Shown one piece after another: positions 48,653-58,116 of a DNA stretch of 64,000 bases (position 1 is the first letter of the stretch; every line of letters begins with the position of its first letter). Made by a program: the position numbers and the translations under genes. The notes beneath the pieces are model-generated. The model was not told where the DNA came from. It was given only the letters and a program-made list of their open reading frames with translations, and searched no databases. Origin of the DNA: a virus. The stretch spans positions 1 to 64,000 of the IMG/VR virus record IMGVR_UViG_3300042991_000131. The stretch is one strand, 5' to 3'.

Positions 48653-49116
48653 GCAGCGAACAAGCACGATTACTCAGATCAGCAGTTGATCTACATAAGT
48701 CGATCATGCTGATGACTGAGACTTGGGCGAAGTGTCGGTCAAAGGATCCTAAGACTAAGGTTGGTTGTTGTATCTACGATCCTAAGACTGGCACAATGTT
48801 GTTCGGATACAACGGTTTCCCTGTCGGCATCGCCGACTTTGATTACCGCTGGGAACGTCCGACCAAGTACGAGTATGTTATCCATGCAGAAGAGAACGCT
48901 CTTCTCAAGGCCGTGCATTGTGCGTTTCCTGTAGATAGGGCAACACTCTACTGTACACATAAGCCGTGTCACAAATGCATGGGTAAGATTATCCAGATTG
49001 GTATCAAAACGATTATCTATCAGCATAAGCATGATGATTCAAAGATTACTGACGAGTTAGCTCGCGAGGCACGGATTAGGCTTGAGTGTTTGGCCGACTA
49101 TGAGATTCCATTCTGA
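48649..49116 (+). CDS. dCMP deaminase
   Basis: SKDPKTKVG, GYNG, HAEENA, PCHKC. Confidence 0.92.
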   Translation: MSSEQARLLRSAVDLHKSIMLMTETWAKCRSKDPKTKVGCCIYDPKTGTMLFGYNGFPVGIADFDYRWERPTKYEYVIHAEENALLKAVHCAFPVDRATLYCTHKPCHKCMGKIIQIGIKTIIYQHKHDDSKITDELAREARIRLECLADYEIPF

Positions 49117-49216
49117 TTTGATTAGCAGTTATATTTTGTAAAGTTTTGCCGTATAGTATGTTAGAGGATAGGCACCTATGCCTGTTCTGATTTGATTACC
49201 TCCAACAAGGATTATC

Positions 49217-50074
49217 ATGGCTCTTGCATCGACTGTATTAGAAATCCCGATTAGCGAAATATTGATTGACGAGGACTTCAACTGTCGTGGGCAGATTGCG
49301 CCTATTGACGTTGTTGATCTTGCCAAAGATATCGAACGTCAGGGATTAATTCAACCTGTCACAGTGATGGCGGTTGAAGGATTACCAGACGGTAAGAAGT
49401 ACAAGCTTCTTGCTGGTTTCCGGCGCTGCAAGGCTCATATTGTTCTGAAGAAGCCGACAATCTCAGCCGTCATACGTCTGGACAAGCTGACCGACGCTGA
49501 CGCTCGGGTGATTAACCTAGCTGAGAACCTGCATCGCAAAGACTTAAATGTTCTCCAGGAGGCCAAAGCGATTAGGCATTTGTTCATCTTCTTTGGAGAA
49601 GCTGAAGTTGCCAATCGTCTCGGTCAGTCTCGCGGCTGGGTCCAGATACGTGCCATGCTTCTCAAGCTGCCCGAAGTCGTGCAGAAGGAAGTTGAAGCTG
49701 GCATGATTAGCCACACGAACATTCGTGAGCTATATGCGATCCATCGCGCTGGCAACATGGACAATCTCTACGCTGCTGTCCGCAAGATTAAGGACGGTAA
49801 GCTCAAAGGCTTGAAGAAGGTGACAGTTAATCCTGCCATCATCGGCCAAGAGGCTACTGGTAAGTTATTAAGGAATAAGAAAGAAATGGAGGCCATGACA
49901 ATGTTCCTAGTCGATAGAAAGTGTAAGGGCCTGCATACTCGATTACTGGCATGGGCAGCTGGAAACGTATCGACAGAAAATATCGTTACTGATATTTCAG
50001 CTTGGGCCGATGATCAGGGCATCGAGTTCGTTCAACCTACAAAAGAAGAATTAGAGGCAATATGCGCGCGGTGA
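49217..50074 (+). CDS. ParB-family protein
   Basis: GLIQPVTV, LLAGFRR, NLAENLHRKDLN, HTH EVANRLGQSRGWV. Confidence 0.9.
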   Translation: MALASTVLEIPISEILIDEDFNCRGQIAPIDVVDLAKDIERQGLIQPVTVMAVEGLPDGKKYKLLAGFRRCKAHIVLKKPTISAVIRLDKLTDADARVINLAENLHRKDLNVLQEAKAIRHLFIFFGEAEVANRLGQSRGWVQIRAMLLKLPEVVQKEVEAGMISHTNIRELYAIHRAGNMDNLYAAVRKIKDGKLKGLKKVTVNPAIIGQEATGKLLRNKKEMEAMTMFLVDRKCKGLHTRLLAWAAGNVSTENIVTDISAWADDQGIEFVQPTKEELEAICAR

Positions 50075-51834
50075 CTCCTGAAGTGTTCTTAATTTCCAAG
50101 ACAAGTGATCTGGAGATTAACGAATACATGAAGTCGATTGGTAGTCCGGCCTGGCAACCTGATGATTCAGTTAGCGATAGCGAGAATCTGGTCGAAGCTG
50201 CTGGTCGCATGTGCTATCGGTCTTGGGAGCCTTATAACAGCGAAAAGAAGGACGCTACTAATCCTAACGTCACTCGTGTTCGCAAAGGCAACGCGGCCTA
50301 CATCGCTAATCTTCTTGAGACTGGTCATGGTTGCTACGACAAAGAAACAGAGGTTCTGACAAAAGATGGTTGGAAGTTCTGGGCTGATGTAACGATGACA
50401 GATGAGTTTGCCACTATTAATACTAAATCATATAAGATTAGCTATCAAAAACCTAGCCGTCTAGTGCGCTTCACGCACAAAGGACGCATGTATCAAGTGG
50501 ATAGCCCAGAAGTGGATCTACTTGTTACACCTAATCACAAGATGTTTGCGTGTGAGACAAGGACAAAGACTGGCCGCAAGAAAGAAAACTACGGGCTAAT
50601 CATGGCATGGCAGCTTGACTGCGATAGCCATGCATATATGAAGAACGCAGCTCCGGTGGCAAGTGATGATTTGCTTGAGAGTGATATTGCTTTTGGCAAG
50701 CTGTTAGGGTTCGCTATCGGAGACGGTCATTACAGTCAAGAGCGCCTAGAGTTTCATCTAAGGAAAGAGCGCAAGATTAGCTACCTTCGTAGCATTTGCG
50801 ACAGCGCCGGACTAAAATTAGAAGAAGATGGCGACAAGTTCTATGTGCGTTTCAGCACGGTATATGAGAAACAGTGCTTTGAGAATATGTACCAAGCTAA
50901 TGGTGAGAAGCAGATACCGATTAATATAACTGCTATGTGCTTTGAAGAACTCGAAGCTCTATATGACGGGCTAATCAATAGTGACGGCTGCACGACCGAC
51001 ACTGGCATCTGTTATGACACAGTTAGCGCTAAGTTAGCCGGTCAGTTTCAGCAACTATGTCTGCATCTTGGCAAATCAGCAAACATCTCGCAAGCCGATT
51101 GCTATAAGGATAGAACTACTTCCTTTGGGACCAAGCCGATTTATCGGTGTTATGTGATTGAGCGCAATAATCGGCCTATTGTCAATAAGGTGAAAGGTGC
51201 TAAGGGCAGAACAAACTGGATAGAAAACTGGGAAGGCGAAGTGTTCTGTGCTGAAGTCCCTAATCACACGTTGTATGTCAGACGTAACGGTAAGCCAGTT
51301 TGGTCTGGTAATTCAGTCCTAGAACATGCAAACATGACATTCGTCCTCAAGGACGTTAGCCGGGTCGTGACACATGAGCTTGTTCGTCATCGTGCCGGAT
51401 GCGCCTATTCTCAGGAGTCCTTACGTTACGTTCGTCTCACCGACATCAAAGCTTCGATTCCTGATTGTTTCGCAAAGAATCCCGAGGCGCTTGCACTGTT
51501 CACCAGTACGATTGAACATCTTGAGTTCGTACAAAGCCAGTTGGCTGAAATCTATAAGACTGACCTCGGTGGAACGGACTTCGCCCGCAAGAAGGAACTC
51601 ACATCCGCCTTTCGTCGTCTGGCACCAATTGGATTGGCCACAAGCATCACCTTCACAGCTAACATTCGTGCGCTACGTCATATAATCGAAATGCGTACCG
51701 CAATGGCTGCTGAGGCCGAGATTAGGCTCGTGTTCAAGCAGGTGGCTACCATCTGCAAGACCGAGCATCCGAATTTCTTCTCCGACATGACAATCGGCTC
51801 GGACGGCGTGTGCTCGTTCGAGCATTCGACCTGA
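50062..51834 (+). CDS. thyX: flavin-dependent thymidylate synthase with intein
   Basis: AGRMCY, GHG|SVLEH after splicing, HELVRHR..YSQESLRY, NIRALRH..EMR, AEAEIR. Confidence 0.92.
   Translation: MRAVTPEVFLISKTSDLEINEYMKSIGSPAWQPDDSVSDSENLVEAAGRMCYRSWEPYNSEKKDATNPNVTRVRKGNAAYIANLLETGHGCYDKETEVLTKDGWKFWADVTMTDEFATINTKSYKISYQKPSRLVRFTHKGRMYQVDSPEVDLLVTPNHKMFACETRTKTGRKKENYGLIMAWQLDCDSHAYMKNAAPVASDDLLESDIAFGKLLGFAIGDGHYSQERLEFHLRKERKISYLRSICDSAGLKLEEDGDKFYVRFSTVYEKQCFENMYQANGEKQIPINITAMCFEELEALYDGLINSDGCTTDTGICYDTVSAKLAGQFQQLCLHLGKSANISQADCYKDRTTSFGTKPIYRCYVIERNNRPIVNKVKGAKGRTNWIENWEGEVFCAEVPNHTLYVRRNGKPVWSGNSVLEHANMTFVLKDVSRVVTHELVRHRAGCAYSQESLRYVRLTDIKASIPDCFAKNPEALALFTSTIEHLEFVQSQLAEIYKTDLGGTDFARKKELTSAFRRLAPIGLATSITFTANIRALRHIIEMRTAMAAEAEIRLVFKQVATICKTEHPNFFSDMTIGSDGVCSFEHST
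50332..51312 (+). mobile_element. intein with LAGLIDADG-type endonuclease (327 aa)
   Basis: Starts CYDKETEVLT; VTPNH block B; LLGFAIGDG and GLINSDG; ends VWSGN followed by Ser. Confidence 0.92.
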
Positions 51835-51875
51835 GCTAACAAGCTCTTAACTTGGTTCAAGAAAGGACCATCATC

Positions 51876-52223
51876 GTGCCAAAGCATTTTACCGCTGAAA
51901 TGACTCGTGAGACTGCCGAAGCAATCGGCGCTAACACGAATCACTGTGTTACCGGCTACTACTTCTTCCGCTTCCTGGAAGGGATTAAGGTCGGCGAGAC
52001 CTTGGTCCCGCTCAAGGTTGCGCTGACTGGTGAGTTCGCTCAGAAGATGGGCGTCGAAGGCAAGATCATCACGGTCAAGCCCACTGGTTTCTTCGACGAG
52101 GAAGGCGTGCGCATCGACGACATCTGGACGATTAATCTAGTTCTCGGCGAGACGAACTTCAAGTTCGGTGTGCGCTTCAAGTGGGAAGTGACGCCCGACA
52201 AGCAGAAGATGTTCGTGAACTAA
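51876..52223 (+). CDS. hypothetical protein
   Basis: GTG after AAAGGA; biased codons. Confidence 0.6.
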   Translation: MPKHFTAEMTRETAEAIGANTNHCVTGYYFFRFLEGIKVGETLVPLKVALTGEFAQKMGVEGKIITVKPTGFFDEEGVRIDDIWTINLVLGETNFKFGVRFKWEVTPDKQKMFVN

Positions 52224-52265
52224 TCGTTCACATGGTCGTGACCGAATTAGCCGGTCGCGTAACTT

Positions 52266-52370
52266 GGAGGCTATTTGCAAGCCTCCTGACCATGAATGGC
52301 TGTGAAAGGATTAACACTCGTTGTGTTAGTCTGAGTCTTAGCGGGCAACACAGCCATTCATAGTCAGGAG
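52266..52370 (+). promoter_or_regulatory. RBS-sequestering leader of the C5-MTase
   Basis: 22-bp stem 52283-52304/52349-52370 buries AGGAG; competing hairpin at 52266-52286. Confidence 0.6.
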
Positions 52371-52377
52371 AAACAAC

Positions 52378-53184
52378 GTGGGAGGATTAAGTGAGCTGGC
52401 ACTATTTGCAGGGGCAGGTTTCGGCATCCTGGGAGGCAAGCTCCTTGGATGGCGCACCCGATGCGCTGTTGAAATTGATCCCATACGTCGAAGGATGCTC
52501 TTTGAGCGCCAGCGCGATGGGATGCTCGAAAGATTCCCGATATGGGATGATGTACGATCTTTTGATGGCAAACAATGGCAAGGTGCCATTGATGTTGTCA
52601 CCGGAGGATTTCCTTGCCAAGACATTAGTGGCATGGGCAGCCGCGAAGGATTATTGGGAGATAAATCGGGTCTGTGGAGCCACATGGCAAGGATTGTCGG
52701 CGAAGTTAGACCCACTTACGTGTTCGTGGAAAATGTCAGGAATCTCACTCGACAAGGACTCGGCGTCGTGCTTGGCGATTTGGCCACTCTCGGGTATGAT
52801 GCAAGGTGGTGTTGCCTGGGAGCAGACGAGGTCGGTGCTAATCACAAAAGGGACCGTATCTGGATTCTGGCCTACTCCTACTGTGCAAGGGGATGCCAGA
52901 CGCGAGACAATCAGAAAGCCAGGTCAGCTATCGCATACTGGCACGACGCTCCTCGATGCGGTGATGCTGTATCCTACGCCAACGAGCAGCGATTACAGAC
53001 GTTGCGACCCAAACGAGCGCCGGGGACAATTGACTTCAATGTTCAATGGTGGGCTTCTGAACCCAGATTGGGTAGAGTGGTTGCAGGGTGTACCAATCGG
53101 TTGGACCGGATTAAAGCCATTGGGAATGGACAAGTACCAGCAGTGGTACAGGCTGCATGGACTATCCTTGGAGGAATCACTTAA
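52378..53184 (+). CDS. DNA cytosine-C5 methyltransferase, alpha polypeptide
   Basis: LFAGAG (I), GGFPCQ (IV), ENV (VI), HKRDRI (VIII), IGNG (X); motif IX not seen. Confidence 0.88.
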   Translation: MGGLSELALFAGAGFGILGGKLLGWRTRCAVEIDPIRRRMLFERQRDGMLERFPIWDDVRSFDGKQWQGAIDVVTGGFPCQDISGMGSREGLLGDKSGLWSHMARIVGEVRPTYVFVENVRNLTRQGLGVVLGDLATLGYDARWCCLGADEVGANHKRDRIWILAYSYCARGCQTRDNQKARSAIAYWHDAPRCGDAVSYANEQRLQTLRPKRAPGTIDFNVQWWASEPRLGRVVAGCTNRLDRIKAIGNGQVPAVVQAAWTILGGIT

Positions 53185-53203
53185 GATAAAGGCAATCAAA
53201 TGA
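52391..53203 (+). CDS. C5-MTase beta polypeptide in an overlapping frame
   Basis: Own SD GGAGG 52381-52385; WPTP/YPTP and LNPDWVEWLQGVPIGWT (motif IX-like), as in M.EcoHK31I. Confidence 0.7.
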   Translation: MSWHYLQGQVSASWEASSLDGAPDALLKLIPYVEGCSLSASAMGCSKDSRYGMMYDLLMANNGKVPLMLSPEDFLAKTLVAWAAAKDYWEINRVCGATWQGLSAKLDPLTCSWKMSGISLDKDSASCLAIWPLSGMMQGGVAWEQTRSVLITKGTVSGFWPTPTVQGDARRETIRKPGQLSHTGTTLLDAVMLYPTPTSSDYRRCDPNERRGQLTSMFNGGLLNPDWVEWLQGVPIGWTGLKPLGMDKYQQWYRLHGLSLEESLKIKAIK

Positions 53204-53400
53204 TCATCAGCAACTCTACGTTGATTCATTTCAAGTGTGCCGGCGGACCTGGCTGCTGTGGCTACGAGGAAGATGTAGGTGTTGGCATCCAGATGGGCAT
53301 TGTGGTAATCGGTTCAATATCGATTATCTGCCCTAAGTGCGGTAATATCACAGTAGCTAATCCTGTGACAATTGCTGTACGTGCGACACCTGTTAAGTGA
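53200..53400 (+). CDS. small Cys-rich zinc-ribbon protein
   Basis: C....GCC and CPKC. Confidence 0.5.
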   Translation: MIISNSTLIHFKCAGGPGCCGYEEDVGVGIQMGIVVIGSISIICPKCGNITVANPVTIAVRATPVK

Positions 53401-53422
53401 CTAACCAATATACACCCTAAGG

Positions 53423-54028
53423 GTGACCATGACAACGGAAACTATGCCTGCAAATCAAAATCGCGACCCTGGTGAGAAAACTCATCAGGGTAGTTTTGTG
53501 TATATTGAAAAGATTATTGAAGGTTTTCCACATTATGCTATTGCAAACAACGGTAATCTAATAAGTCTAACTAGGTACGTTAAAAATGGCAACGGATTAA
53601 AACTAGTTACAAGAAAAGTATTGGCAGGTAGCGTCGGTAAAGATGGTTACAAAATAGCTACAATAAGTAATGACACTGAATCGGTCACTGTTAGTCATCA
53701 CAAACTAGTTGCGGAATATTTCTTACCCACTAAGCCGACTGATTTGCATGTTCCGAATCATAAAGACGGCATCAAAGTAAATAACCACATTAATAATCTT
53801 GAATGGATGACACGGAAGGAGAATACAGAACATGCTATAGTGGTTTTAGGATGGAAACCAGTTGGTGTTAAAGGGTATGCTAATCCTTTGTGCAAACGTT
53901 CTCCGGAACTAATACTTGAAGTTAAAAGACTAAAGGCATTCGGTATAAAGCAAATAGAAATTGCTAAGACAACTAAATTAAGTCAAACTATTATCTCTAG
54001 GATATTAACCGGAGTATACGATGCCTAA
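53423..54028 (+). CDS. NUMOD4-like HNH homing endonuclease
   Basis: IEGFPHYAIANNG, NHKDGIKVNNHINNLEW; AT-rich. Confidence 0.85.
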   Translation: MTMTTETMPANQNRDPGEKTHQGSFVYIEKIIEGFPHYAIANNGNLISLTRYVKNGNGLKLVTRKVLAGSVGKDGYKIATISNDTESVTVSHHKLVAEYFLPTKPTDLHVPNHKDGIKVNNHINNLEWMTRKENTEHAIVVLGWKPVGVKGYANPLCKRSPELILEVKRLKAFGIKQIEIAKTTKLSQTIISRILTGVYDA

Positions 54029-56546
54029 GTTCACTTACATAGATACTGAGACCTGCGGCCTATACGGCCCAATTGTGCTAATCCAATATGCTCACGACGA
54101 TGGCGAGGTACAACTCTATTGCCCGTGGGAAAATCCTGTTATTGATACTTTGAAGCTATTTGAAAGCTTCTTGGAATCTGATTGTCTAGTATTTTTTAAC
54201 GCGACTTTTGACTGGTTTCATATAGTCCAGATGTATACAACGATGTGCTTATTAGACGGTGATAAGGAACCGGACATAGAGGAATATGCGATTGCAGAAG
54301 CTAAGGCACACTCTGGACCGTGTATAAAGCCTAAAAGTGCACTGGATCTGCTACTGCATGCACGAAAAGGGCCATACCAGTCAATGATGGAGCGCGAGGA
54401 CGTAAGAATCAAGAAGATCCCGCGTGTGTTAGCTAGTCCGTTAATTGAAGAACTTAATCATCGTATCAAGTTGAAAGATACATATTTTGCGCGTAGGAAG
54501 GATCGCAAACAGCGGTGGAAAGCACATGATATCACGGATGATCTTGGTGATGTTGTGCCTGATTTCGTTGATCTTGTTCTGGCTTTTGCACCAAGTAGTG
54601 CCTTAAAAGCCCTGGCCCAAGATGCTCTCGGCTATGATCCAGATGAGATTACCGTCTTCAAGGATGTTGAGCTTGATCTAACGCTGCGACCTGTTGAGCA
54701 TGGATTTGCTCCATTTGCTATGAGTGTCGGTAAGCCGGGATTAGGTAACTGGAATAAGGCATGGCCGGCTGTAATCAAAGAGCATCTTACACACTGGCGT
54801 TTTAATAAAATGGCTCGTGAGTATGCTAAGGATGACGTTAAGTATACGCGCCAATTACATTATTTCTTCTCAGCACAGATACTTGGTTATTCGGATGACG
54901 AAGCTAGGACTATCGCTAAGAGCGAGAATCCCACTGAATTAATCATGGGTGGTGATGACGACTCGATCCTAGCCTGCATGGTTGCTGGTGTTAGGTGGCG
55001 CGGCTACGAGATTAATATTGAGAAACTGACAGAGCTACGTAAGAGTGCTGTTAAGACACAGGCCGAGTCAAAGTATAACTTCAATAGCGTGGACGTTACA
55101 CGCAAGTATCTCGGTCAGGTTCTCACGCCGACCGAGTCTTTGGTTATGTCGCGTGATAACAAGATCAGTACAGAGGGTATAATCCTTGAAGAAATTGCTA
55201 AATGGAAGGTTGAGTCCATCTGCGAGGCATGTGGAGGCATTGGATGCAGTACATGCAGCAATGAAGGGACCATTAAAACAGATGAACGTCATCCCGCAGC
55301 CTTGCGGGCGCAAGAGATCCTTGATTATCGTCACGCCGGTAAGGAAATCGAGCTGTATGATAAGTTGCTTCTTGCGGGTCGATTTTTCGCTAGCTTTAAT
55401 GTTATTGGCGCACTCTCGGGTCGAATGTCGGGTGCTGATGCACTTAATCCTCAAGGAATTAAGCGCACTAAAGAAGTACGCTCATGCTTCCCTCTTGCAC
55501 CAGAAGGTTATCAACTCACTGGTGGAGATTTCGCTGGATTCGAAGTCTGCCTCGCGGACGCGGTCTACAACGACCCCGAGCTACGAGCCGACCTACTTAC
55601 CCGTAGACCCTGTAAGAAATGCGCCAAGACTACGAAGAAAGCACCCGGCACTGGTGAAGCGTTCGAGTGGGAAAATAACGGCGAGAAGATAGCCCTAGTC
55701 AAACATGCTAACTGTGGAGACTGTGCCGGCACTGGATTAGAAGATACCAAGATCCACGCGCTATTCGGACAGTTCCTGTTTCCGCCAAATACTTACGATC
55801 AGATTTATGATAGTAAGGGATTACCCGGCGATAAGGATCTATACTCACGCAGTAAGCAGGGTGTGTTCGCGCTGCTGTATGGTGGTGAAGCTTACACACT
55901 TGTTACTAGGACAGGCGTCCAAGAGGCTGTCGCTAATGAAGCCTATCAACGTTGGATCCAACGGTATCTAGTGTGGGGCGAAGCTCGTAAGAAGATTATC
56001 ACCATGTTCTGCTCCATGAAGCAGACTGGCGGGCTAGGTAGCAAGGTCGAGTGGGAAGATCCTGCCGATTACATCGAGTCCATGCTTGGCTTCAAGCGTT
56101 ACTTTACTCTTGAGAACATGATCTGCAAGGCACTGTTCCAATTAGCTGAAGATCCGCCTAAGGAATGGTTCAAGTTCAAGATTAAGGTCGTACGTCGGGA
56201 TCGCGAGCAGACGGTAGCCGGTGCCGTTCGTAGTGCGCTCTTCGGAGCAGCTTTCGCGATCCAAGCTGGTAACATGCGTGCTGCTGCTAATCACGTTATC
56301 CAGTCGTCTGGCGCGCAGATTACCAAGCAGTTGCAGTGCAAGTTGTGGGAGATTCAACCTGCTGGCGTGCATGAATGGCTAGTCATTCCGATGAATATTC
56401 ATGACGAAATCATGAACCCATGCAAGCCGCATGTCGTGCCACTTATCCAGCCGATTATCGACGCGTTCATAACCAATCTGCGTACATACGTGCCTCTAGC
56501 TGGCATTGACTGGTCTAATAACCTAAAGACATGGGCTGATAAATGA
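54021..56546 (+). CDS. polA: DNA polymerase family A
   Basis: IDTET and FNATFD exonuclease motifs; SGRMSG; DFAGFE (A), RSKQGVFALLYG (B), NHVIQSS, NIHDE (C). Confidence 0.93.
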   Translation: MPKFTYIDTETCGLYGPIVLIQYAHDDGEVQLYCPWENPVIDTLKLFESFLESDCLVFFNATFDWFHIVQMYTTMCLLDGDKEPDIEEYAIAEAKAHSGPCIKPKSALDLLLHARKGPYQSMMEREDVRIKKIPRVLASPLIEELNHRIKLKDTYFARRKDRKQRWKAHDITDDLGDVVPDFVDLVLAFAPSSALKALAQDALGYDPDEITVFKDVELDLTLRPVEHGFAPFAMSVGKPGLGNWNKAWPAVIKEHLTHWRFNKMAREYAKDDVKYTRQLHYFFSAQILGYSDDEARTIAKSENPTELIMGGDDDSILACMVAGVRWRGYEINIEKLTELRKSAVKTQAESKYNFNSVDVTRKYLGQVLTPTESLVMSRDNKISTEGIILEEIAKWKVESICEACGGIGCSTCSNEGTIKTDERHPAALRAQEILDYRHAGKEIELYDKLLLAGRFFASFNVIGALSGRMSGADALNPQGIKRTKEVRSCFPLAPEGYQLTGGDFAGFEVCLADAVYNDPELRADLLTRRPCKKCAKTTKKAPGTGEAFEWENNGEKIALVKHANCGDCAGTGLEDTKIHALFGQFLFPPNTYDQIYDSKGLPGDKDLYSRSKQGVFALLYGGEAYTLVTRTGVQEAVANEAYQRWIQRYLVWGEARKKIITMFCSMKQTGGLGSKVEWEDPADYIESMLGFKRYFTLENMICKALFQLAEDPPKEWFKFKIKVVRRDREQTVAGAVRSALFGAAFAIQAGNMRAAANHVIQSSGAQITKQLQCKLWEIQPAGVHEWLVIPMNIHDEIMNPCKPHVVPLIQPIIDAFITNLRTYVPLAGIDWSNNLKTWADK

Positions 56547-56818
56547 TTATCACTAGACAGAAACTAGACCCAAAGAGCCTGATCCTTACAGGGCCAGACT
56601 TGCATACTGTTTCGATGGAGTGCTATCACTGTCACGGTGTCACTAAGGTGCATGACGTACAGATTATCGATGCAGTAGCAGACATGTATAGGCAGATGTA
56701 CGAGGATCTAAAAGGTAGAATGAATGAGGCAATCAGAAACAGTCACATGATACACGGCGATGATCCTATGCGGCAGGATTTCGTAGCCGCCCTAATCAAG
56801 ATACGGGAGTCCTTGTGA
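56543..56818 (+). CDS. hypothetical protein
   Basis: ATGA coupling. Confidence 0.55.
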   Translation: MIITRQKLDPKSLILTGPDLHTVSMECYHCHGVTKVHDVQIIDAVADMYRQMYEDLKGRMNEAIRNSHMIHGDDPMRQDFVAALIKIRESL

Positions 56819-57021
56819 AACTAATCGACCTACCGCCTAATCAGCACAAGTCCAAGTCTCTTGATAAGGGCATTGATGTTTTCGCTCCTAAGTATCGGCA
56901 AGGCAGCAAACGCTACCAGTTGCAAGGATTAAAACGTTGGGAGAAGGCTCATCCAGATGCAGTAAGCGAAGGTGAGTTTGAGCCAGAAGATTCAGGACTC
57001 TCATTTCAGGATACTTTCTGA
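56815..57021 (+). CDS. hypothetical protein
   Basis: GTGA coupling, GGAG SD. Confidence 0.5.
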   Translation: MKLIDLPPNQHKSKSLDKGIDVFAPKYRQGSKRYQLQGLKRWEKAHPDAVSEGEFEPEDSGLSFQDTF

Positions 57022-57233
57022 TGAGCTTTGAACCTACAGAAGATTTCCTAGTTCTGACAAATCTACAGATGATACGCCAGCACAGAGCTTGGTTAGATTG
57101 CGAGTTCACATTGTATCAGAAGTTATGTCATAATCGTGAAGTTGTTCTTGAACTACAGTTAAAGCTGATTAAAGCCTCATACAAAAAGGAACAACGTGAC
57201 GCCGCTCGCCGCACTAACTCAAAAACTATCTGA
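57021..57233 (+). CDS. hypothetical protein
   Basis: TGATG coupling. Confidence 0.45.
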   Translation: MSFEPTEDFLVLTNLQMIRQHRAWLDCEFTLYQKLCHNREVVLELQLKLIKASYKKEQRDAARRTNSKTI

Positions 57234-57492
57234 CGTAAGACACATGATACATGTGGTTAGTGGGTGTAATTTCTGTAAGGTGTACGAGCGGTGCAAAGAT
57301 AAAGACTATATTGATACGGTGATTAAGGCTGGCGACAGAGTGGCATTGGACAGCTGGATGAAAGCAAATCAGAACCTCGATGATCTGTCTATACGCGAGT
57401 TGCGTGTGATGGCATCGAACAAACAGATTCCATGCTACTCCCGCATGGATAAATCTACCTTAGTAAAGGCCCTCAATGTCAAGCACCCTTAA
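57196..57492 (+). CDS. protein with C-terminal Rho_N/HeH-like domain
   Basis: LSIRELRVMASNKQIPCYSRMDKSTLVKAL. Confidence 0.55.
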   Translation: MTPLAALTQKLSDVRHMIHVVSGCNFCKVYERCKDKDYIDTVIKAGDRVALDSWMKANQNLDDLSIRELRVMASNKQIPCYSRMDKSTLVKALNVKHP

Positions 57493-57892
57493 GCAAATAG
57501 TTTCAATGTTGGAAGATATGCGTCCAACACTGGAACGCGTCAAATTAGGAGATAAGTTTGTAATCTTTGCCAACTGTGATAAATTGCCAGGTTATTGTCT
57601 AGAAGATGCGATGAAGTGGTTGCATGAAGTCTACACGACGACGTTCAAAGAGTGTCAACGTATCAGGCGCATGCAATCCGAGGAAATGTGGAAGCGTTAC
57701 GAGGCCTGGGGCGATGAGTTCGCCGACCACCGTGAAGTGAAGCTGTATGCGGAACGGCTGGTTATGTTCAAGCAATCTTGCCGTAACCGTCCATTAATCT
57801 TCAAGCATAATAGCTGTGAAATGGCTATTACCGAGAATCAGAAGGCCAAACCAAAGAATAAGGCTAAGAAGCCTAAGAAGGACGACGCATGA
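57476..57892 (+). CDS. hypothetical protein
   Basis: Contiguous ORF. Confidence 0.55.
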   Translation: MSSTLKQIVSMLEDMRPTLERVKLGDKFVIFANCDKLPGYCLEDAMKWLHEVYTTTFKECQRIRRMQSEEMWKRYEAWGDEFADHREVKLYAERLVMFKQSCRNRPLIFKHNSCEMAITENQKAKPKNKAKKPKKDDA

Positions 57893-58116
57893 AAATCAAG
57901 CTCCCCCGTAAGATTCTCGCCTCTAAGCTCTTGAAGCTTAAGATGGCTTGCATGACAGATCACGCCAATCTCATGTATCCTCATATGGATGCAGCCTACA
58001 TGCGCCAACGTGCTAAGGAAGAGATTATCAGCAATGGTGATTTAGCCATGGCTCAGCGTCTCTTAATCATGGCTGATGTGAAGGATGAACATGAATCCAA
58101 AAATAGCAAGAAGTAA
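57889..58116 (+). CDS. hypothetical protein
   Basis: ATGA coupling, AAGGA SD. Confidence 0.55.
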   Translation: MKIKLPRKILASKLLKLKMACMTDHANLMYPHMDAAYMRQRAKEEIISNGDLAMAQRLLIMADVKDEHESKNSKK

